Source: Balanoglossus misakiensis (taxonomy: Eukaryota; Animalia; Hemichordata). Taken from it: a stretch of 64,000 nt of DNA. The notes under the pieces are model-generated. The model was not told the origin of the DNA, did not search any database, and saw only the letters and a program-made list of their open reading frames with translations. Positions within the stretch are counted from its first letter, which is position 1, and each line of letters opens with the position of its first letter. Position numbers and translations under genes: made by a program. The DNA is taken from positions 8,254,232 to 8,318,231 of the forward strand of contig CM082589.2 of assembly GCA_040954595.2 (NCBI GenBank), read 5' to 3'. This document shows positions 54,829-64,000 of the stretch, piece after piece.

Positions 54829-55580
54829 ATGCTATTTTTGGCCCGTTCGCGAGACGCAACAGACAGCACGTATATACGCAAATTTGGCATAAATGAGTGA
54901 ACGTGGTCTGAGATGGCAGGTGCACACAGGTACGCCCTTATCACATGGCACGGATGTGTGAATCTGTGACTGGACTTACCTGGTCTGTTCTCCAACGATA
55001 ATAAATTTTGTACTGACCGCTATAATGGCAAGAAACAAATAAAATCAATCAAATGTGTTCAATTATTCTTGAACTCGATAATATACTTGTCCCAGTCGGG
55101 TGCTTCCCGAACTGCAGTAGAGGGGTTCCCCTAAAATAACGTCATCGAATAGTCTAAATTGGGGGAGTTTACAGGAGGTTGCAAACTTCCGGTGTGACCT
55201 CCATGCTGGAAGGATTCTCCCCATGACCGAACCAATTTTCCCTAATTTTAGAGTGATGATGTGTTTTCTCCATTGAATTAGAGTGACCACGCGGTAGAAA
55301 CATTCATCCCTTATACTACAAGTGGATATATTTTAGGTATCCTTGGTGTAATTTAGTTATTATTACCAAATATTCTCTCAACAAAGTCTTTGTTAATTCT
55401 GATCAATTAGGACCAGTCCCATCGATGCTATTTTATGGCCTGTTCGTGAGATGCAACACGTGCGCAAATTTTGAATAAATTATTTAACGTGGTCTGAGAT
55501 GGCAGGCACAAAGAGCTACGCCCTATCACATGACACTGATGAGTGAATCTGTGACTGGACTTACCTGGTCTGTCCTCCAA
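54829..55580 (-). repeat. Direct duplication (54829-54995 / 55425-55580), each copy carrying a minus-strand splice donor
   Basis: aatctgtgactggacttacctggtctgt occurs twice. It reads ACCAG|gtaagt on the minus strand at 54980 and 55565. Confidence 0.75.
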
Positions 55581-55706
55581 GTGAATCAACGCTTTCTGGT
55601 AGAATAATCTCGGACTGTGTTTCTCAACGGATATTGACAAACGTTTCAAACAAACAGGAAGACCTCGCCGTCAGTGACCGTTCCAAACGCGCTTCTGTGT
55701 ATTTGG

Positions 55707-55735
55707 TATATACAAGTTGTGGGGACTTTCCCCCA
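55707..55735 (-). promoter_or_regulatory. Candidate promoter of F: canonical kB site and TATA-like box
   Basis: GGGACTTTCC at 55722-55731 and TATATA at 55707-55712, ~140-160 bp upstream of the donor at 55565. Confidence 0.5.
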
Positions 55736-56944
55736 CAAAATTACACCGCCTACTTCTGATCAAATACTGATGTGTTACAGTACCATGCCATAGATATAAA
55801 TCTACGCCGTTCGTTGTGTCCCATATCCTGTATCCATAACAACATTAATGTGTGCTCTCTATTTCATTCAACTACACTATTATCGCTTGTGCTGTATAAA
55901 ACCAAGGTCAAGTGCCCGCCTCAAGGACAGATAGTCCTCCAAACCTGTCATGAAATCTTGGAAGAGAATTTTTTTTAAACAAAGAAAAGTATGTGTTCAT
56001 CGTCCTTATTTCAAAAAATAACTACTGTGCATTTTCAAGTTCTCCATCGAGTTAACACAAAGAATTACGGTCACTTTGAATTCCAAATTTGTGACAATTT
56101 TGCTTTTCTAGTTCAAAATTTTGCACGTCAGTGACACCATTTTTATTATCACTTTGAAGAGCAAAATTTGAGAAAAAGTTTAAGACTGACTTTCCAGCTG
56201 TGTACTACACTAACGACATGTATTGGGAATAGTAACAAGGCGACTGCGACCAGGAGCTCAAACTTCTGACTTTATTGAAAAAAAAAACTTTTCGGTGACT
56301 AAAGTGTAAAATCAAAGGTGGTAGCCCTGCAAAGTCAGTGAAGAGAAGCTATGCATTGTAATCTACATCTTATGAAACTACATATCGTGAATTGAAAGTG
56401 TTCAACATTCGACCCATTGCTACATGGCGAGCGTGTATAGACAGTAAACATGATACAAAGCGATAATCTAGAACCATTCTAGCCTAGAACCGTATAGAGA
56501 GATTTCTTTTGATGAAGATTCACTCGCATTTGCAGTCTCTCACAGCTCCCTGTTAAAAGTATACAGTACAAGTAATTTTGACGTCATGCAAGAAATTACA
56601 ACCACCCTGAGAACTGACGAATATGTGTGGATGCTTTGTATAGTTCTTAAATTGAATTTTGCTTTGAACAATCTACTTATCACAACTAACATGGCTACAA
56701 GCGTAAGCTGAAATTGTATTTTTTTTCTTAATGTATACAATGTCATGGGTGCAGAAGTTCTACATTTAATCTACATGTATGTTCATGGGGTTTCTCAGAA
56801 AAAAATAACTTAACCCTGGTGCACGAGTGACATCCGAACTATTAACTTGCGCCCACTCATTTACGTTTAGACATGATGGACTTTGTCATAACAAACATTG
56901 TAATTTGTCCAAACCTCTAGCGATTCAAAGGGCAAAGGCACCTC

Positions 56945-58722
56945 TTAACATTTTAATACTTCAGTGGGTCCTATATTTCCTTCTGCAGAGTCGGTGGCAT
57001 GTAGGACTGGGTGGCGGTTGTTGTCCATATCACTGGCACTGTTCAATAACATCTCTGTTTCTGAATGGCACCTTCTCAAGGGAGGATCCGACAGCTTTGG
57101 CTTGGGCGAAGCTGAAAGGAAATTTGAAATACGCTCTTAGTAATTGCAAATGGGAACGTTTTGTTCCAACAAAGCAAGTGCGGTATTTGCTTATTTTTAT
57201 TCCGATCTCCAACTAGTAAATTTTCTCTCTTCTTTTTTAAAAGAAAAGAGGTGTGGCGCTTAAATTATCGAATGTTTGACAGCGACAAAAAACCCTTTCT
57301 TGTAGTTCGAAAATTAACCGTTGCGATTTGCATTCTATGACGTCATTAAAAACTTTAAATAATACAGTATACTGTTAACATTGCACTGTTTAAGTTTTAC
57401 ATTAATGGCCGGTCATCACGTGGTTGGATAATTGTGTGGCATTGTATGAAACTCACCGCTGTTTGACTGGTTGACTGTCACGTGGGTGATAGTACTCGGT
57501 GGAGCCAGAGCAGCATGCACATCTTGTGGTGATTCAACATCACTTGAACCTGCAGTTAACAGAATAATTATTATTGCAAATTAGAGTGTATTCTCTTGAT
57601 GTAGCTTTTTTTAGTTTGGCAAATATAGACTATGGATCTCAGTCAAGTCACTCGTGAAAATTTGCACTAGAGTTCAATCCAAAGTAAAAAAATATGTGCT
57701 GTTCCGATTACCCGACTTACCCTATATTTAACCTTACTCTAAACTTTTCAGAGTTTCGTAAATCCGGAAGTAAAAATAAAGATGCCAAATATACAAAAAT
57801 TATGAAAATTGCGCGAATCACTCGAGAACTATGACGTCATTCTTCTACACTACGGCGGCCAGAGAAATAAAAAAAAAATCGCAAAATAATCGGAACAGCA
57901 CGTATTATTTTATTTGGCCTCAGCGTGTCCCTTACCAGAAATATCAGTCCCACTGCCTTGTTGGTCGCGTCTAATTCTGGTTTCTCGTTTCTTTTTCCGT
58001 TGTAGGTTGATGAACATCGCCACCACGACAATGACAAGAACTGCAATAACAGCTAACACAATGATATCCACGGCAAGGGACGAACCAAGAAAACCTGTAC
58101 CTGAAATATTATATATGAACTGAAGTTTCACTCATGGATAACAAAAGGGCATTTTTGTGACTGTTTAGTGTACGAAGTCAGAAAGACTCAAATGCAGACC
58201 AAACTATTGTTGTCAGAAAAAAATATAAAATCCTATCGTTATGCTCACCTTGTTTTGAGCCTAGAAATGATTGATGGAGGAAATCTACAGGCAGAAAAAT
58301 AACATCAGTTAGATTGTGTAGAGATGGAGGGAGGGAGGGAGAGGGGGAGGGAGAGAGAGGGGGAGAGAGAGAGGGGGAGAGAGAGACAGCCAACAGACTA
58401 AACAGGCGACCAAATCGTGCCAATAATTGTAATGAAACATTTTTCTATGCAATGACAAACTGCCGATTAAATTCTCATTTTGAGTAATCAATTTGTGGTC
58501 ATCGAATTTTCTTTCTGAATAAATAAGAAAAAAATTACCTTTGCATTGTTCTATGCAAGTCAAAGACACCTGTGATGTAGAAGTACCCTCGTCGGGCCTA
58601 GGGCAAATATCCCTGCAGGGCATACATTGGTACCTTTCAGACGGGTCGAGGCCTTCCCCATGATCCACACAGTAAAATCTGGCATCTCTGTAGCAGGATA
58701 CTTGACATCCATAGGCGGTCAT
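56945..58722 (-). CDS. Grindelwald-like single-CRD receptor G, no signal peptide (exons 58722-58539, 58284-58249, 58100-57936, 57549-57457, 57111-56945)
   Basis: MTAYGCQVSCYRDARFYCVDHGEGLDPSERYQCMPCRDICP..TCIEQC|KDFLHQ, TM GFLGSSLAVDIIVLAVIAVLVIVVVAMFI followed by RKKKR, tail ..SETEMLLNSA..RHPVLHAT..TEVLKC*. Exon-for-exon paralogue of F. Confidence 0.85.
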
Positions 58723-59590
58723 CTTGTTTCCTCAGGTGTCGATCGTGTACTGGAAAGTTTGAATCTGTCGAACAAACACAGGATTATATAGCACCACGCC
58801 GAAAATGTTCTTGTGTGTCCGCGCAGTCGGTCTAGACAATCTGCTGGTCAAACTGCCACGTAAGTGAAAATCAGTAAGTTGTCGGACTCCGACACAAGTG
58901 GAATACTTTTTTCTGCGAGAAATAACTGGTCCTTATACGAATGTTGCACACTTAGGATAAAGAACAGTGACCTATTACAACACCTGCCATATTAGACCAC
59001 TTTGCTTTTCGAGCCGATGACCTACCACACAGGGCCACTCAGGACAGAAATCGTACTAATGACATCATGAATAAATTCAACCGTAGAAAATCCGAATATA
59101 ATATTCATTTCATAGTTTATAATCTTTCAACTGGCGATACGATCGATCCCAGCATGCGTAACATGGATGTTGACAACAAATTTACTGTTCAAATAATTAT
59201 CTCAATGAGACTCTATCAAAATCAAACAGGCATTAAACCACGCTAAGTGACGCATTCCTCCACTGGAATGCGAGCACCAATTTACGGTACACCCAATACA
59301 TTAGACGAGCCCACGAGTCGTTTAAATTGCTTCTGTAAACCGCAAGCGACACGCACACCTATACTCGCAATTTGAAACCCAATCAGGCCTACTTACATGC
59401 GTGCAGATTATGCGCTGGCGAGTGAAATACGCGTGTGGTAACTCCTACTTTTATACAAACATGGTATTTATGTGATTGGCTGCCTGTAAAGTCATCATGT
59501 GACCAAGAGTGGCAAATCAGAAACCATTTATTGTGCAATATATGTACATGTGATAAGAAGCAGAGGGGTCTGGGTAACCGAGACTATGGA

Positions 59591-60020
59591 TAATATGACA
59601 GAACTTCATGACCACTGCGCGCGATCTATCGCCAGTGTTTCAAAATGTATCGCTGAGATCTCACGACCTCAGGTAACCCACTGATGGAATGACCCCACAT
59701 GACCCTTCTTTGCACGGAAGAATACACCTTGTTACGAGTGAAAATAACATCCATATTGCACAGATCGCGCGCAGAGGTCATGAAGTTCTGTTATTATTGC
59801 ATATGTTTCCCCAGATTTGACGAAAATCAAAGAATCGATCTTAGCGTATTGATTTTCATTACAGTGATGCGCCAAAGGCTATGCAACCCAGAGAAAGCTG
59901 CTCATTGGCCAAAATGACGCAACCTTTGTTATGCAAAGAAGGGTCATGTGGGGTCATTCCATCAGTGGGTTACCTGAGGTCGTGAGATCGCAGCGATAAA
60001 TTTTGAAACACTGGCGATAG
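59591..60020. repeat. Interleaved inverted repeats (MITE-like)
   Basis: 59626-59713 pairs with 59932-60020, and 59591-59627 pairs with 59762-59796. Confidence 0.75.
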
Positions 60021-60681
60021 CGAGACATTTTCTTTATTTTCGAGGTTCCAAAACACACTGACAACTAAATGTTCTGTTATTCTGACGATAGTTGGGAAGG
60101 ATAATAAAACAACGTGCCAGAATGTTGAAAAATCCGCATGTTTCGGCGATCATGTTGGCTCATTTCATCGGTGTTTTAGCACAGGTCGCAAGATAGCATC
60201 GGCAATATTTGAGAAACTGGCGATAGCGAGGGATTTTCCGACAAAATTTGGGAAGGATAAAACAATGACGTCTCCGAATGTTGAAAATTCCCCACGTTTC
60301 GGCGATCATACTCCAGCTCTGCCGACGGCGTTCAATGTTTACAAACAAAACGTAGTCCGGCTTGTTTTTACTCATTTGCATATGGGTTGTGAAAAATACC
60401 ACTTTGTCACGCGCACAACTAAAACAACATTCGGCTTTTTTGCGACTGAAATAAAACTTTTGTTATATCCTCCAGAGGTTTATATGAACTCCAAGTGATT
60501 GCGTAACAGAACGAGGGTTAAACTTTGAAAGATACGATCGATTGAAGGGGAAATGGGGGATCTTATTCTTCTGGATGCTCATTTGCATATGAGCTTGCAA
60601 AAATACCAGAATTATTATTGCACGGGCCGCTTGGAATACTGTAGTACATATGCAATAATTATATGCATTTCGAAGATTAGC

Positions 60682-60684
<3 letters not shown>

Positions 60685-60751
<67 letters not shown>

Positions 60752-61545
60752 TTTTTATTTCAGGCAATACTGCCCATATCAAAAAACACACAATCTACAC
60801 AAAGTTACAGAGAATAAATAAAAAAAAAAGGAACAACAATACAGAAAAAGGGTTTTAAAACTGTAAAAAAAAACTCAACTATACATTACAAATCTAAAAT
60901 GTTTCCAAAAAGATAAAAACAACAAAAAATCCGAATCTAAAAACAACGAATTAAAAAGTTCTCACTATCAAACAGGCGTGCCCTGAATTTAAAAAGAAGT
61001 GAGGAAAAATTCAAGATGTTCCTCTGTACACAGGTGTTACTGATACTACATGCAGATTTAAGTTTAAAAATTATTCTCATCGAGTTATTATAAGCAATCC
61101 ACGTACTGTTCATCTGCTTCACAATGTACTCACTCCAGATGTTAAGGCAAAAAACACTGTACATAAAAGTTTTAAAAAGAACATTTTTGACTTCATAAGA
61201 ACAATGGCAGAAGTTGCGGATGATATAATTGGCTCTGGCATACATACACTTTAACTGTCTCTGAATGTCATTGTTGTCATCTCCAGAAGACGACACTATG
61301 TAGCCCAAATACTTTTTTATCTTTACAAACTTGAGCAACTCTCCATAGAGATACACTTTCGGGTTGTTGTCTAATTTCCAGGACTTCGGCAGAAAGTACA
61401 TACATTCAGATTTACCAGAATGGAAAAGGATGTCATGGTCATTTCCATACATTTCGCACCACGTTATCAATTTTCTGAGTGATTTAGCAGAAGGACAAAT
61501 CAAAACAATATCATCTGCATAGAACAAATGATTGATTATAATTAC
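60685..61545 (-). mobile_element. 5'-truncated RTEX-like LINE with (ATT)n tail
   Basis: HLFYADDIVLICPSAKSLRKLI, KYLG and YARANYIIRNF. The 3' end atgggc..tgcctgaaataaa runs into the (TAA)n tract at 60685-60750. Confidence 0.88.
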
Positions 61546-61598
61546 TATCTATTCGTTACGTAAGTGAATTCACATGTGTTCGTGCGTACATTGAGCGT

Positions 61599-61803
61599 TA
61601 GACTAGCCCACTAGTCGCTTGGTGATTTTTAAATCTCTATACTTTTTGTGTTTCCGGTGCTTTTTTTGTTTTAATAAATAATTTCAATACTGTTTGCGTG
61701 CATGCTTGCCTTGAGCGTGTTTTTGGTAGTGAGGTGAGTTTCGAATTTGGGACTGAGCTTTGGTTTCGGGTATAATGAAGCCCATAGACTTGGAGCAAGT
61801 CTA
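61599..61803. mobile_element. Academ-like MITE, copy 2 (inverted relative to 20173-20396)
   Basis: tagactagcccactagtcgcttggtg...catagacttggagcaagtcta. Confidence 0.7.
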
Positions 61804-62858
61804 ATAGAGAGTGAGAAGTTCTTTATTAATTATTAATTATTGAATTTTTCATGGATGCTGTACTTGTAACTTGTATTTCAATTGTTGATCATTTGTATGT
61901 AACAATGCTTCTGTAAGGGGGGATCATGAAATAAATGTGGTGGATATGGTTTGGGTACACAGTACTCGTGGGGTATAAGACAACCACCGCATGTTACTGC
62001 ATTTATTGTGTTTTGTCTTAATTTTTTAGTATGATCTACTTTAGTATAGATGGGCGGGTTATGTCAGTGTAATATCATTTGTCTACGTTCGTCATTGGCA
62101 GTCATTTCGTTTGAGGGCGCTTCTTTTCGGCTGGGTGCGGGTGTACGTGGAGGTACGGAGCGCCCTCAAACGGCTCTACCTTACAAGTTAAAATCTGCGT
62201 TCTTTCATGCATGCGTCCAGCCGTCCAGATCAATACCCAGTCTCCCAGACACAATTCAACCAACTTCATTCAAACTTGGTACATTGACATGTTCATGATA
62301 TGATCCAATTTGGCAGTCGAACGACAATTTTGTTGTTATATTTTTCATGTCATGAGGCATTTCTATTCGGTTTTTATTAAGATTTGGTAGAGTCAATATA
62401 CACTTTTTCCTCGTGTATGGAACATGGCGATACCTATGCATATCAATTTTTGTCGTGATATGATTCAATATGGGCAACGGGTGTTTATTTTGTAGTGTGT
62501 ATAATAGTAACTTCGTCACTGTTTACATTATTTTCTTTGTGAAAGCGTGGCTTTCTGTCAATGTGCAATAAGAAGAAATAAACTGAGTATGGTATCAGTT
62601 CGGTAAATTCAAAATCCAAAAAAGAAATGTCCATTTCTCCTTTATAAAACATCACTAAAATAGTGCTGAAAAGTTATAATTGTGAATGTTGCCTGAAATG
62701 TGGGGTCCACTGTGAACTATAACAGTTTACCTAGAGATGCCATAGAACAAACAAGTAGTTTGATCATATCATATCTATATTCAACCTGTACGGTGAAATC
62801 TGCCCAAGAAACATCTCACTACATTTTGATTCATCACTACACCTCAAAGATTCGTAAG

Positions 62859-62922
62859 ATGGGGCTGTTTATAAGAGACTTCACTGCTGTCACGGTTTTC
62901 TTGATGTTTCTTGCTGTAACAG
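62859..62922 (+). CDS. Possible signal-peptide first exon of a divergently oriented gene
   Basis: MGLFIRDFTAVTVFLMFLAVT-G|gtgggt (phase 1), with TATAAAA at ~62643. No second exon identified in the window. Confidence 0.35.
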
Positions 62923-64000
62923 GTGGGTGGAAATTGAGTCGTTTTTGCGTCAATCTCCATGATGATCTTTGTCTAAACATCAAGACGACATCATCGTCTG
63001 TCGACAGTGTCTCACTGGATTCTATAATACACATATCAAATCACAATTTGTTCTGACGCCAGTAGTAGGTGGCCCGGAGAGAGTTCAGCGTTGAGGGAAT
63101 ATATATCTAGAGTCTGTTTTGTATCTTCAATGAAATATAACTTTTTTTCGAAATGACAATGTAAACGACATGTTGTACGGTCACAAGGGCTTGGCCATTT
63201 CGTGGATGCATTGATTTAATGTATATTATAAAATGTGTATTTTTTCCACGAAAGCAGTATTAATTTACATGTGTTTTTTCATGAAAGCAGTAAGAATCGG
63301 CGATGTGTCGAAAAAAAACCAAGGGTGAAAAAACTAAACTTTGTTGTAACATGATTAATGAATAAACAATATATCTTCCCATCACTTAATCTTATTAAGT
63401 AAATCTGTGACGTCATAATGTAAAATTTCAAAGGCTCTAAGAATTTTCGATTTGATCGTTGATTTTTCAAAATACACACATTGAATCGAATGTGATTCTT
63501 TGTCGGAGAATATTTGGTACGGTTGTGATCAACAAAGACAGGTGTTTGATGGCGATCAATTTCTGAACATTTACAGTTTGTCTGTTGCAAAGTGAACTGT
63601 ATCATTCAGTTTACATAAAGGTTTAAGTCACTTAGAGCATGGGTGTTGTTTTGAATTAACATAGGAATGTTATTAGGTAATGGGTACAGTCGCCGCCGCT
63701 TTCAATCCTGATAAACGTTCTACTGTGTAACAGAATTTTTACATGGAAATTTGAACGGTGAAACATAACACCCTGCCGTTTAATCTGGACGTTTTGATCA
63801 GGATTTGAACAATGAAGTTCTGATTCAGCGAAAGACGTTTGTGTCAACGGTTTGTCCTTTATTTACTGGCTGACACTTAGCCTCGACAACCTGAACAATT
63901 CCGTACCCTGAATATATGTGTACAACGTTGCAAAGTAACCGACCGTTGGTGGTGCTCTTCAATGCCAATACTGATTGAAAAGTGAACAAATAACATATTT

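Overview
AT-rich, intron-containing animal DNA, most likely from a marine invertebrate; a hemichordate- or amphioxus-like deuterostome is a guess from gene content only. Most ORF-track entries are spurious or are single exons. Manual splicing gives an innate-immunity locus on the minus strand. It holds a DED-NACHT (NLR-type) gene running off the left edge, a second DED exon at 22 kb, and a head-to-tail array of seven small single-pass receptor genes (A-G, 29.2-58.7 kb). Each receptor has one cysteine-rich domain spaced like the single-CRD TNF receptors (Grindelwald, Fn14, BCMA/BAFF-R), and no death domain. They form two subfamilies: A-C with FCDS-x2-G and D-G with C[IV]DHG[EV]G. The array includes half-CRD members on long stalks, a member with no signal peptide, candidate TRAF- and PDZ-binding tails, only phase-1 introns, and NF-kB-like sites upstream. 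The rest of the window is a ~2.68-kb tandem array with internal fold-back, an IS3EU-like deletion derivative, an Ngaro/PAT-type tyrosine-recombinase retroelement with intact split direct repeats, decayed LINEs, MITEs and microsatellites. All gene models were spliced by eye and no database search was run.
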